Assembly (NCBI GenBank): GCA_028708805.1
Contig: JAQVYC010000003.1
Coordinates: 1 to 56,369, forward strand
Direction: 5' to 3'
Length of the DNA stretch: 56,369 nt
Origin: Clostridia bacterium
GTDB lineage: Bacteria; Bacillota; Clostridia; Christensenellales; UBA1242
This document shows, one piece after another, positions 11,316 through 21,021 of the stretch. Below the pieces are notes generated by a model that was not told where the DNA came from, made no database searches, and saw nothing but the letters and a program-made list of their open reading frames with translations. Each line of letters starts with the position of its first letter. Position 1 is the stretch's first letter. Made by a program: the position numbers and the translations under genes.

Positions 11316-11399
11316 AAAACTCATCTGCCCTTTTAAATTAATTCTTGTAAGAGTTTTGCACCTGCTTAAAATGTTTAATTCATAATCAATTATGTTGTA

Positions 11400-12329
11400 T
11401 TAAACTTTTTCTGCAATTCGCAACTTTGCACTGCTCGAACGAGAATTATTCTCTTTTTCTTCCTCCGAAGCCGTTATTGGTTTTCGGTTTATTAATTTAA
11501 TGTCTGCTTTATGTCCGCATATGCAAATTGGAGTTTCTGGCGGGCAAATGCAATTTTTCGAATGAAATTGAAACACATTTTTAACAATTCTATCTTCTAA
11601 CGAATGAAAAGATAAAACAAAAATTCTACCACTTATTTCTAAACGCTCAATCATACTATTTAAAGCTTTTTCCAGTCCTAAAAGCTCCTTATTAACTTCA
11701 ATTCTTAAAGCCTGAAAAGTTCTTTTAGCCGCTCCGCCACTTTTAAAAACAAACCTTTTCGGCAAACACTCTTCAATTATTTCATTCAGTTGCCGAGTTG
11801 TTTTAATCGAGTTGCCTTCTCTATGCTTAATAATGTTATTTACAATCAAGCTTGAAAATCTTTCTTCTCCGTAAATTTTTAAAATTTGTATTAAATCTTT
11901 TTTACTGTAATTATTTACAACATCATATGCTGTCAACTTTTGCGACTTGTCCATTCGCATATCAAGCGGCCCATCAAAACGAAAAGAAAACCCCCTTTCT
12001 GCTGTATCTATTTGGTATGAGCTTACTCCCAAATCAACCAAAATGCCGTTTACCTTATCAATATTCAAATCATCTAAGATGTTTGAAAAATTCTTAAAAT
12101 CATCTTTTACGAAAGCAACATTTGAATAGTCTTTGAGTTTCAGCTTAGAATAATTTAACGCTTCGTCATCTTTATCTATTCCAACCAGTTTTCCTTTTGG
12201 CAGAAGTTTAATAATTTCCGACGAATGCCCTGCGCCGCCCAAGGTACAATCCACAAAAACATCGAAAGGCTTTAATTTTAAGCTTTCCTTAATTTGATTT
12301 AACATAATAGGCTCGTGAAAGAATTCCAA
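11400..12329 (-). CDS. rsmH: 16S rRNA (cytosine1402-N4)-methyltransferase
   Basis: 309-aa ORF with MraW/RsmH motifs: DCTLGGAGHS (SAM site), DLGVSSYQ and FHSLEDRIVK. Confidence 0.93.
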   Translation of the reverse strand: MEFFHEPIMLNQIKESLKLKPFDVFVDCTLGGAGHSSEIIKLLPKGKLVGIDKDDEALNYSKLKLKDYSNVAFVKDDFKNFSNILDDLNIDKVNGILVDLGVSSYQIDTAERGFSFRFDGPLDMRMDKSQKLTAYDVVNNYSKKDLIQILKIYGEERFSSLIVNNIIKHREGNSIKTTRQLNEIIEECLPKRFVFKSGGAAKRTFQALRIEVNKELLGLEKALNSMIERLEISGRIFVLSFHSLEDRIVKNVFQFHSKNCICPPETPICICGHKADIKLINRKPITASEEEKENNSRSSSAKLRIAEKV

Positions 12330-12472
12330 TTTTTATCCTTAAAAAACCAACTTTAAACTTTTTCTTTGTTTTTTTTACTTCTAATTTGATAAACCACATC
12401 TCTGATTATTGACGGCAAAAAAATTGCTCTGTTTAAAGTTTTTATTTTGTGTAATTATTTAAACTAATTGTA

Positions 12473-15400
12473 TTATGGCAACAATGTCTCAACTTCATCA
12501 AAAATTTCTAACCAACTATAATTTGATAAACTATCACCAAATTCTCCACCTTCAAGTATTGACACAATTAAAACAACAATTTCATCATCTGTATTGCTTT
12601 CATCGGTTAAATAGTTCGCCAAAATTTGATATGACCCTGCAAAAATTCCGCTACTATTAAATTCATATTGCAACTGTTCAAGTAGCTGTGTCAAGTTTTG
12701 TTTTTGATTTGTAAAGTCATTTTTTATTTCGTCTAGACTTGCAATGGTCTTAAACGGTTTAGCCTTATTAATAAGGTTAATTATATCTTGAGATTCATTT
12801 GTTAAATCCGTACTCATACTTACAATGTTAGAATCATAACTTGCATCAATTAAATTGATTAAGCCTTTATTTAATTCGTTTATCAAATCAACTGCTCGGT
12901 CTCTTAAAAGCTTACTCGTTAACAACACTTCTATTATAACATTTTCTTCTTCAAGATTATTGTCAAATATAGGCTGTATACTCATCTCATTAACAATCAA
13001 TTCTAATAGAGAAGTGTCATTCACTGAATCAATTATTTCATTGTCTGCAAATATAATAGCATTTTTTAATATCTGCATTTCACTTAACCAAAAACCATCT
13101 GTGTAATTGTCGCTTGTAGCAAAATGCAAGTTGAAAATATCGCCTAAATAAAATTCAATTAAGTTATCATAGATTGTATATGTTAAGCCCCCATTTTCAT
13201 AGGTGAACAAATTCATTGTGGCAAATATATCTAAAATTCTACCAAGGTCATCTGCGGTGTTAGAAAAATTTTCGTTAACCAAAATTAAATAACTAGCTAA
13301 ATCTTCTAAGTTCTGCACATTGCCATTTTCTAAGATATTAATGCAATATTTTGCAATTTGTTTTATCTCATCACCAAAAGTATTCCACCCTAACCAGCTA
13401 ATACTCTTGTCTACCCTGCCCATTTCAGCATCTGGTGTTTCTAAGTATTCCAGTGCCTCATTAAACAATTCAACAAACACTAATTTGAAAGCATCTGACG
13501 CAACTAGCCTATCTAAAACAACATCCATTCGAGTGTTGGTTCCATTATCTAAAACTTTTAAATAATCAATTATAGAAGTTATATTAGAATAATCATTGCT
13601 TTTAATTGAGTCAATTAAGCCTGCTTTCCCTATTATAGTAACCGCATCATAGATGCCCATAATCTCACTTTTTAGCTGAGAAATATAACTATAACTCTGG
13701 CTGAACTCGGTTTTAATTTTGGTTAAGATATTTTGCAAATCTAAGCTTAATGCAGTTTTTTCTAAAAGCAAGTCTATAACACCAAACTTAACAGCTCCGA
13801 CTATTTTTGTATCTAAGACCGAATTTAAAAGAGTTTGTATGTTTGCATAATCTAGATTTTTAAAAACAGTTACTTCACCTATCTCAGTTTTATAGTAATT
13901 GTAAATGTCTATCAAAGCAGAAGTTTCGGTTTCCCAATTCACATTATTTAGTAAAGAGAAATTTACATATCCCCCATATTCGCTATTATTTAGTTCTGTC
14001 AGCACTTGCAAGAATATATTATTGTTATTAACTGTATCTTTTACAAGTGTGGAATCTTTTATTATGTTCAACAACTTGCCTGATTGAGATAACATAAGCT
14101 CAACATTCATTCCATCAATAGGCATATCAATTGTATAATCTTTTACTTCTGTGTATAAACTTATAAGGTTTTTTATGATGCTTAACAAATCGGTTTTTAA
14201 ACTGGTCCAATTAACCGTTGTGGTTGATACCCTGTCTAACACAACTTCGGTTGCTGTGCCACCACTGATTTCTTCTTCCGTATTATTTAATAAAAATAAT
14301 TGATTTTCAAGCTCTTCAACTAATAAGTTCACGGCCCCCACTGTTACATTTTTCAATGTTGGAGACTTGAATAGATTCTCTAAAATATCGGAAGCTAATT
14401 CATAATCATTTAATTGAAGCAAATTTAATATAGCTGTTTCATCTAATGTGGGAGAATCAATTAAACTAATAAATCCACTTTGGGCTAAAACTTTTAAAAC
14501 ACCAACCGCCGCCAACAAGTCTTGTTCTAGCACGGATGCACTTTCTGAATCTCCCACGGAGCTATTTAATATATTAAGCAAACTTTTTATCTGACTTTCA
14601 TAACCAGTACTGCTGAAATCTTCGTTTTTTTCTACTTCATCTAAATAAAATTGCAAAACTTCAACTCCGACCGACCTGAATACTCCTGATTTAAACATAG
14701 TTTTGACTGCTGTTTCAAGCCTGTCAAAATCAAAGGTTTCATATTCTAAATTTTCGAAATCAAGCGTTGTTAAATAAGCCACATTTTCATAGATTTCATT
14801 AAATGTAGAAACTTCATCCCGCAAACTAATTCGTTGGTTTGAAACATATACCGTAGAAAGCCCATCAAAAATAGCAAGGTCTATGCCACCAGTACCAAAA
14901 ATTTTAACCGTAAAACTATTTGAGTATGCTTCAATATAGCCAAATATTTCTGGACCAACAGCATCTCTTATTATGCCTCCTATTTCACTGCCCGCTCCTT
15001 CTTCAGCATAGACAATTGATTGTGCGGAAACTGTTTCATTATCTAAATTGTTTAAAATTGAAATAAAGCCACTGATAGGCAGAAGTGTTAAAAATAGAAG
15101 AATTGCCGATTGTAACGCACTCACAACCCCGCCCCAAAATCCATTCTTTTTTTCTCTAACTTGTGTAATAATAATAGGTCGTCCGTTTTGAACAGTGTAA
15201 GCCTCATCCGAAAATTGTTGGATAGGTCTGTTTTTTCTTTTTCTTATACTTGCAGCAATCGCATAGATTATCCAGCTTAAAAACTTAAAAACATATACCA
15301 AAATTACAAACACAAACACATTTACGGCTAATGCTGGTAATTGATACACTAAGCTTTGAATTGCAGGGCTAGCATTATATAGTTCAGCAATAGATTCTTG

Positions 15401-15646
15401 TGAAGTAATAAGCGATACTATATATTCTTTTATAGTTACATTATTCCCATCAATATAAACACTTATATCCAGTAAGCTATTACTTATAATGCCTGAAAGC
15501 AAAGCAGCAAAGACAACTCCACCTAAAAACAAAATCAGTCGAAGCACACTGTTTTTTAATCCCCTCCCTAAACCCCATAAAAAGCCAAATAACAAGAAAG
15601 TTATTAACAAAACATTTAAAGCCACTGTAATATAAAAAGCTTCCAT
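12473..15646 (-). CDS. large membrane-anchored protein with CvpA-like N-terminal transmembrane region
   Basis: 1057-aa ORF with SD gtgagg upstream. The N-terminal ~200 aa carry several TM helices with a CvpA-like start (FLLFGFLWGLGRGLKNSVLRLILFLGG). The rest is a long L/N/I/D/E-rich soluble region with no recognised domain. Confidence 0.6.
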   Translation of the reverse strand: MEAFYITVALNVLLITFLLFGFLWGLGRGLKNSVLRLILFLGGVVFAALLSGIISNSLLDISVYIDGNNVTIKEYIVSLITSQESIAELYNASPAIQSLVYQLPALAVNVFVFVILVYVFKFLSWIIYAIAASIRKRKNRPIQQFSDEAYTVQNGRPIIITQVREKKNGFWGGVVSALQSAILLFLTLLPISGFISILNNLDNETVSAQSIVYAEEGAGSEIGGIIRDAVGPEIFGYIEAYSNSFTVKIFGTGGIDLAIFDGLSTVYVSNQRISLRDEVSTFNEIYENVAYLTTLDFENLEYETFDFDRLETAVKTMFKSGVFRSVGVEVLQFYLDEVEKNEDFSSTGYESQIKSLLNILNSSVGDSESASVLEQDLLAAVGVLKVLAQSGFISLIDSPTLDETAILNLLQLNDYELASDILENLFKSPTLKNVTVGAVNLLVEELENQLFLLNNTEEEISGGTATEVVLDRVSTTTVNWTSLKTDLLSIIKNLISLYTEVKDYTIDMPIDGMNVELMLSQSGKLLNIIKDSTLVKDTVNNNNIFLQVLTELNNSEYGGYVNFSLLNNVNWETETSALIDIYNYYKTEIGEVTVFKNLDYANIQTLLNSVLDTKIVGAVKFGVIDLLLEKTALSLDLQNILTKIKTEFSQSYSYISQLKSEIMGIYDAVTIIGKAGLIDSIKSNDYSNITSIIDYLKVLDNGTNTRMDVVLDRLVASDAFKLVFVELFNEALEYLETPDAEMGRVDKSISWLGWNTFGDEIKQIAKYCINILENGNVQNLEDLASYLILVNENFSNTADDLGRILDIFATMNLFTYENGGLTYTIYDNLIEFYLGDIFNLHFATSDNYTDGFWLSEMQILKNAIIFADNEIIDSVNDTSLLELIVNEMSIQPIFDNNLEEENVIIEVLLTSKLLRDRAVDLINELNKGLINLIDASYDSNIVSMSTDLTNESQDIINLINKAKPFKTIASLDEIKNDFTNQKQNLTQLLEQLQYEFNSSGIFAGSYQILANYLTDESNTDDEIVVLIVSILEGGEFGDSLSNYSWLEIFDEVETLLP

Positions 15647-15690
15647 TAAAACCTCACTTTCTCACGATAAAATAATTCTTAATTTAACTT

Positions 15691-15719
15691 ATTATAATTT
15701 AATTCTATTAAAATATCAA
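15691..15719 (-). promoter_or_regulatory. candidate sigma-A promoter for the 1057-aa gene
   Basis: Minus strand reads TTGATA, a 17-nt spacer, then TATAAT, ~45 nt upstream of the start codon. Confidence 0.4.
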
Positions 15720-15903
15720 TCAAAAACAAATATATGAAGTGAAAAGTTTCAGAAAAACATAATAAATAAAAGTAAACAAGTCGAAATAAAAGAAATTATA
15801 TTCTATAAACCAATATTAGCATTGCTCATATTAACAAAAATAACAGCATTAAAGAGTAACTTATCTTGCTCTTGTGCTAATAAAATAGAAAAAGCAGAAG
15901 CTC

Positions 15904-15953
15904 CTCTAACAAATTTAACCGTAATTAATTTGGTTAGATAAGTTCTCACTGTA
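15904..15953 (-). repeat. intergenic hairpin repeat, tandem copy C1
   Basis: Minus strand reads CAGTGAGAACTTATCTAACCAAATTAATTACGGTTAAATTTGTTAGAG. It is near-identical to copy B over the core. Confidence 0.7.
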
Positions 15954-15982
15954 AGGTTTTGGTTAAAGAAACACAAGTTCGG

Positions 15983-16028
15983 CAAACAAACCTCGCCGTA
16001 CTTGATTCGGTCGGATTATTCTCCCTAG
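15983..16028 (-). repeat. intergenic hairpin repeat, tandem copy C2 (decayed)
   Basis: Minus strand reads CTAGGGAGAATAATCCGACCGAATCAAGTACGGCGAGGTTTGTTTG. It is colinear with the family, but the hairpin arms are largely mismatched. Confidence 0.5.
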
Positions 16029-16042
16029 AAGAAATCCTAGCT

Positions 16043-16097
16043 CAAACAAATCCAGCCGTAATTAATTCGGTTGGATAAGTTCTCTCTTAGAAAAAAA
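16043..16097 (-). repeat. intergenic hairpin repeat, tandem copy C3
   Basis: Minus strand reads TTTTTTTCTAAGAGAGAACTTATCCAACCGAATTAATTACGGCTGGATTTGTTTG. The arms pair as ATCCAGCC/GGTTGGAT on the + strand with one G-T pair. Confidence 0.7.
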
Positions 16098-16141
16098 CTT
16101 AAAATAAGCACATATATGTTCTTATTAATTTTTTTATAAAT

Positions 16142-18148
16142 TTACATTATAACTAATTCGTGCAAAGCCCTAGTGCATGCAACATATGCTATTTTTTTGT
16201 TTATTTTAATATCAGATTTTTCATTTATAAAAATAACAGCATCAAATTCAAGCCCCTTAGCGAAAACACAAGGTAAAATATTTATTTTTCCGCCAACTTC
16301 GCCCGTGCCGGCATCCACAAGTCGCACATCAAGCTTTGGAGATAACACCGCTTGTAAAATTTCACTTTGTGAAGTGCTTGCCGTTATAATTGCTATTTTT
16401 TCATACTTTTCGCTTAATAAATTTATTTCATTTAATAAATTGTCATAAAACTTTGCCTTATCTCTATATTCTCTTACATTTTCACCGTGCCTTACGAAAT
16501 TGTTAATGCTTTTCAGCTCTGCCAACTTTTGAGTGTACTCAGCAATTTCTACGGTTGCCCTATATGTAATATTCAAGTTAAGCAATTTGCCACCTACAAG
16601 CTCGCTTAACTCTTTTAAATAATTTTCATCTTGGGTTTTTTCTATACATTGATATATGTCTCCTAAAATCGTTTTCGGGCAAGTATAAATTTTATTAAAC
16701 AAGTCAAAAACAATAGGAGAATAATCTTGCATTTCATCTATTACAATATGTTTAATCTGGTTTTGAGATTCTATTCCTATTAGATAATCTTTAATATAAA
16801 GAATAGCAGGAATGTCTTCATAGCCTATTCGCCAATTTGCCTCTTTTACTTTATTTAACCTTAATTCCAGCCCCAATGTTTTTAAAAATTCTTTGTAAAG
16901 TTCTGTAATATCAGAGTTTTCAAACATAGTTAACAAAACCTTTTTTATTCTTAAAAAAACACTACTTTCATTTTGTTTTGCTATGTCTAATTGGTCAATT
17001 AGATAATCAGCAATCCATTCTATTCTAGTCGCAGGATTTTTTCCAACATATTTATCGTTATAAAGTTCATTTATTTCTGATGCTTTAAACACCTTTTTGC
17101 CTACAACAATATCTTTTGCACGAAAAGAAACATTGAAATATTTTAAAAAGTAATCTTTTAGTTTATTGTAAAATTCAAAACTAGATTTAAACTCAACTTC
17201 TTTTGTTCTTTGTTTATTGCCATTTATCAAATCTTCAAGCATCTCAGCTTTATTCTCAAAATGAACCAAACCATCTAGTTCTTTCACAGCTATTTCTTCA
17301 AATGTGATTTTAGGAGTATTGCTTTCACCTAACTCAGGAAGAACCCCGCTTATGTAATCTGAAAACAAACTTCCCGGAGAAATTATTGCTATATCCTGAG
17401 AAGAAATTTTGTTTTTATAAAGTAAATATGCCACTCTGTGTAATGCAATTGAAGTCTTTCCAGAACCAGCCACACCTTGAACCAGCAAGCTAACATTTTC
17501 ATCACTTCTTATAATTTTATTTTGCTCTGCTTGTATTGTTGCAACAATTGTTTTCATTTTGTTATCAGCATTAAATCCAAGCGCTTGTTTTAAAATATCA
17601 TCACCAATTGTTAGACTACTGTTAAAAGCATAATTTAAGTTTCGTCCATCTGTTTTATATTGCCTTTTTAGAAAAATGTTTCCATTAATTTGACCAATAG
17701 GTGCAATATACTTCGCTCGCCCTAATTCATAATCATAATATAAAGAACAAACAGGCGCACGCCAATCTAGAATCTGCGGGATTGGTCTTTCTTCTTTTAA
17801 AAGGTTGGCAATGCCAATATAATAACTTCCTACAATTTTTTCATCATCTGCCAAAAAATCAATTCTCCCAAAATATGGGCTTTGCTTTTGCTTTTGCAAA
17901 ACAAAAACATTGCGTTTGAAATCCATTAAATTCATTTCTATTTTTTCAATCATACCTTGCTGAGTTGCAACTTCCTCGCCATCCATTTCATAAAAAGAAT
18001 TTGCAATAAACGCTGAGGTCTCTCTTAAAACCTTATCATTTTTTTCTAAAACCATTTCTAAATAATTTAAATTTCTATCAATTGTATCTTGAACATCGTT
18101 TAAGTATAGTCTTTCTTTTTCAAGTTCTTTTTCATCTAACATAGACAT
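16142..18148 (-). CDS. helD: HelD-type UvrD/Rep-family helicase (RNA polymerase recycling ATPase)
   Basis: 668-aa ORF with Walker A VQGVAGSGKTSIALHRVAYLLY, Walker B-like IDEMQDYSP and the C-terminal block YVACTRALHEL. It has the long N-terminal coiled-coil extension typical of HelD/helicase IV. Confidence 0.8.
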   Translation of the reverse strand: MSMLDEKELEKERLYLNDVQDTIDRNLNYLEMVLEKNDKVLRETSAFIANSFYEMDGEEVATQQGMIEKIEMNLMDFKRNVFVLQKQKQSPYFGRIDFLADDEKIVGSYYIGIANLLKEERPIPQILDWRAPVCSLYYDYELGRAKYIAPIGQINGNIFLKRQYKTDGRNLNYAFNSSLTIGDDILKQALGFNADNKMKTIVATIQAEQNKIIRSDENVSLLVQGVAGSGKTSIALHRVAYLLYKNKISSQDIAIISPGSLFSDYISGVLPELGESNTPKITFEEIAVKELDGLVHFENKAEMLEDLINGNKQRTKEVEFKSSFEFYNKLKDYFLKYFNVSFRAKDIVVGKKVFKASEINELYNDKYVGKNPATRIEWIADYLIDQLDIAKQNESSVFLRIKKVLLTMFENSDITELYKEFLKTLGLELRLNKVKEANWRIGYEDIPAILYIKDYLIGIESQNQIKHIVIDEMQDYSPIVFDLFNKIYTCPKTILGDIYQCIEKTQDENYLKELSELVGGKLLNLNITYRATVEIAEYTQKLAELKSINNFVRHGENVREYRDKAKFYDNLLNEINLLSEKYEKIAIITASTSQSEILQAVLSPKLDVRLVDAGTGEVGGKINILPCVFAKGLEFDAVIFINEKSDIKINKKIAYVACTRALHELVIM

Positions 18149-18309
18149 TACCTCTTTTCTTTTAAAGATATTTTTTCTTGCATATCTTTATCTTATCTTA
18201 CATTTTTGTTAACTCGTAATTAAATTCTTAATGCTGCGAACACATATAATTAAAAACTACTCGCCTTTTTAAAGCTTTTTTAAAAAAGTCTTTCTTCTAA
18301 AAATCGAAG

Positions 18310-19539
18310 TTAATAGCCCACAGTTTGACAATAGGTTTGTCCGTTACTAATATTAAAAGCAACTTTTTTATTGTCAATATCTCTTTTTTCCGCTTCTGTT
18401 ATTTGAGCAAAAGTAGAGATACTTATGTTTGTTATGTTATTTATATATCCCAAGTTTGCAACATCAAACAATTTGATTCTTCCATCAACCCCGCTACTTG
18501 AAACATAAAAGTCATATGACAACACAACATTTTCCCCAACCCCCGTTCTACTTACCGAATGAAGTCTTGAAATAAGTATATCATTTGCCAAATCAAAACA
18601 CTCAAACACAAAATAATCACTATACTCATTCAGCACGGGATAATATTTTGCTTTGAAATAACCTGTATTTGGAAGAAACTCAATTTCATATCGCCCTGTT
18701 ATTGCTGAATTTTCAATTTCATATTTATATTGCCCTATTGGTGTTGCTTCTGGACTATACACGCCCTTATATTTTTTGATAATTTTATCTGTGCTACTGA
18801 AAGTAATAACCTTGCTAAATGTTTCTAGCTCTATTCCCGTATTCATACTATAAGTAATTATAATTTGCTTCATTGTTTCACTTCTGGTAATTATCATCTC
18901 GCCGTCATTTTTTTCAGGAACTTCAAATGCGTTTGGATAATAAAACCCTGTTGTAACTTCAATTTTGTAAACATTATTAATTGCAGTTTCCACATTATAA
19001 ACCAAAGCATTTCCCCAGTTAATAATAATATCGTCAATAAAGTCTTTACAATTATTGTCGTCATCTGCTATTGCTACCACTGGCAAATATTCACTTTCGT
19101 TTTCACCTGTGATATTCTTTGAATATGTTTTAATGTTGCCTATCTTGAAATTTTCAATAAGCTCAAAATCCCAAATGTCCAAATCTTCAAAGGCATAATA
19201 TTCAGACTCATCTTCAACTTCTTCATCATTATTTAAATGAAAATCTAAGGCAGGAACGGTTAAATAAATTCGATTTTCAATATCTTGAATTGTAGAAATG
19301 GTATCTTCATAAATGTTTTGTTGAGGCAGAGTTAGCTCATCCACTTTTGGAACATAGTCTATGAAATTATTTGTTTTGCTTCGAACATTATTATAAAAAT
19401 TTAAAATTTCTAAATCGGTTGATTTAACCTGAAATTCAACTATTGTAACACTTTTTGTACAGGCAGAAAAAACAAATGCAGGGCATATTAAGAATGCCAC
19501 CAATATAAAAATAAATTTTTTTATATTTTTTGTTCTCAT
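18310..19539 (-). CDS. putative lipoprotein, unknown function
   Basis: 409-aa ORF with SD aggtgg. The signal peptide ends in a lipobox-like FVFSAC. No domain recognised. Confidence 0.6.
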   Translation of the reverse strand: MRTKNIKKFIFILVAFLICPAFVFSACTKSVTIVEFQVKSTDLEILNFYNNVRSKTNNFIDYVPKVDELTLPQQNIYEDTISTIQDIENRIYLTVPALDFHLNNDEEVEDESEYYAFEDLDIWDFELIENFKIGNIKTYSKNITGENESEYLPVVAIADDDNNCKDFIDDIIINWGNALVYNVETAINNVYKIEVTTGFYYPNAFEVPEKNDGEMIITRSETMKQIIITYSMNTGIELETFSKVITFSSTDKIIKKYKGVYSPEATPIGQYKYEIENSAITGRYEIEFLPNTGYFKAKYYPVLNEYSDYFVFECFDLANDILISRLHSVSRTGVGENVVLSYDFYVSSSGVDGRIKLFDVANLGYINNITNISISTFAQITEAEKRDIDNKKVAFNISNGQTYCQTVGY

Positions 19540-19653
19540 AATTTCTTTCCACCTCTAATTCTTTATTAGATTTTCCTATTACTTTATTTTGATACAGGCT
19601 AGGCAAACTTTGTTTTAAGTTCGGTATTAAAAGTTTTACCAGAAAACCTAGCT

Positions 19654-20700
19654 TTATTTTGCCTTCTTTTTGATTCTTGCTTTTTGGGCTATTTTTTCTA
19701 TTTTTTTAGACAAATCAGGAGTATTCCTTGAAATGTCTTCAACTATCACCTTACAAGCATTTACAAGGTAAGTATTATCATAATCATTTACTAAAACATC
19801 AAAATAGGTATTACAAACCAGTTTAAAAATATCTTCTTTGATATAATAAGACACTTTCTCTTTCTGACATATTTGAATTATCTCATTAATACTTGGCTCT
19901 GAAAACTGGCTTGTCGCCTTTTTGTTGATTTCAACAATAAGCCTATTTAAACTACTTTTAATTAAAGAGATGTCATCATAAAATGAAATTATATATAGAA
20001 CTGCATAGGCCGTAGTATAATCTTTTTTTGTTTCGTAATAATACGAAAGTTCTTTAAGAAACTTTTTCAAGTCGGCAGTTGTATAGCAAATGTCATAAGC
20101 TTTAAACAAATATCTTTTGAACTTTATAGCACTTGTGTTTTTATAAATTTCTGCAAGAATTATATACGCATCAAAAGAAACAGGATTTAATTTTAAAATA
20201 TAGTTGGCAACAGCTTCGGCTTCTTTTAATTTTCCCTTTTCTAATAAAATTTGAGCTTTTAAAATCAAATAGGTATTTCGGGAAGAAATTGTCCAACCTA
20301 ATTCTTTTGGGGAAGGAATAAGTATAAATTGCCAAAGAATTGCCGCTTCAATTAAATTATTTAAATAAAAAATTCTTTGACCTTTTTCATCGGTTAGCGG
20401 GCAAAACTCTAAACTATCTAAAACTTCCAAGATATCCTGAGCAATGTCATATTTTTTTTGATAAATAAAGCCATCAATTTTGCCTAAAAGCCTAGACGCA
20501 TTTATAACCTCAGATTCATTCAATCCGTTTTCTAACAAAATTTTATATAATTGTTTACCTAGAATCTTTATATCATCATCAAAGCCCTTTCTATCTCTAA
20601 GTTTACGAATTGAAGAAATCAATAATTCTTTATCAGAATTTTCCTGCCCTGTAAGCTTAGCAATAATTTTATCACTTTCTTTTACGGCATTTTTTTTCAT
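19654..20700 (-). CDS. hypothetical helical-repeat (TPR-like) protein
   Basis: The track ORF runs to 20712 from a TTG. I prefer the ATG at 20700 (MKKNAV...) because gggagga sits just upstream. Helical repeats resemble TPR (LEKGKLKEAEAVANYILKLNPVSFDAYIILAEIYK). Confidence 0.5.
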   Translation of the reverse strand: MKKNAVKESDKIIAKLTGQENSDKELLISSIRKLRDRKGFDDDIKILGKQLYKILLENGLNESEVINASRLLGKIDGFIYQKKYDIAQDILEVLDSLEFCPLTDEKGQRIFYLNNLIEAAILWQFILIPSPKELGWTISSRNTYLILKAQILLEKGKLKEAEAVANYILKLNPVSFDAYIILAEIYKNTSAIKFKRYLFKAYDICYTTADLKKFLKELSYYYETKKDYTTAYAVLYIISFYDDISLIKSSLNRLIVEINKKATSQFSEPSINEIIQICQKEKVSYYIKEDIFKLVCNTYFDVLVNDYDNTYLVNACKVIVEDISRNTPDLSKKIEKIAQKARIKKKAK

Positions 20701-21021
20701 TCTTCCTCCCAAAAATTTCTATATTAATTTTATCACAACTTAAAATTAATAACAACAATAATCTTATTATCTACAATTTTATCTTGTTGTTTTTATTGTT
20801 AATATCTTGCTATTTATAAATAAGACTAATTTTATGTTTTTTTTAATTTTATAAACTTTTGTTTATTATGTATTTATTTTTTATTTTAATTAAAAACAAA
20901 TTTGCTTATTCTTCTCATTGCCCTTTTTGGTCATTAAAGTCGAAAGCATTTTAAGAAAAAGCAAGCACACCAAATAGAATTCTTTAAGCAAGTGTTTTTA
21001 ATTTTCATTGTTTTTTCTATA

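Noticed and set aside
11182-11385. A 67-aa ORF shares the peptide TYLTKLITV with the 60-aa ORF at 15803..15985 (-). This suggested a small conserved protein.
   Set aside because: The shared peptide is just the translation of the intergenic hairpin repeat (AACTTATCTAACCAAATTAATTACGGTTA). Other copies of the repeat are not in frame or not in ORFs, and neither ORF has an SD.
15904-16097. The three tandem ~50-nt repeats could be a short CRISPR array.
   Set aside because: The repeat units are substantially diverged from each other, the spacing is irregular, there are no cas genes in the window, and the same unit occurs singly at four other loci.
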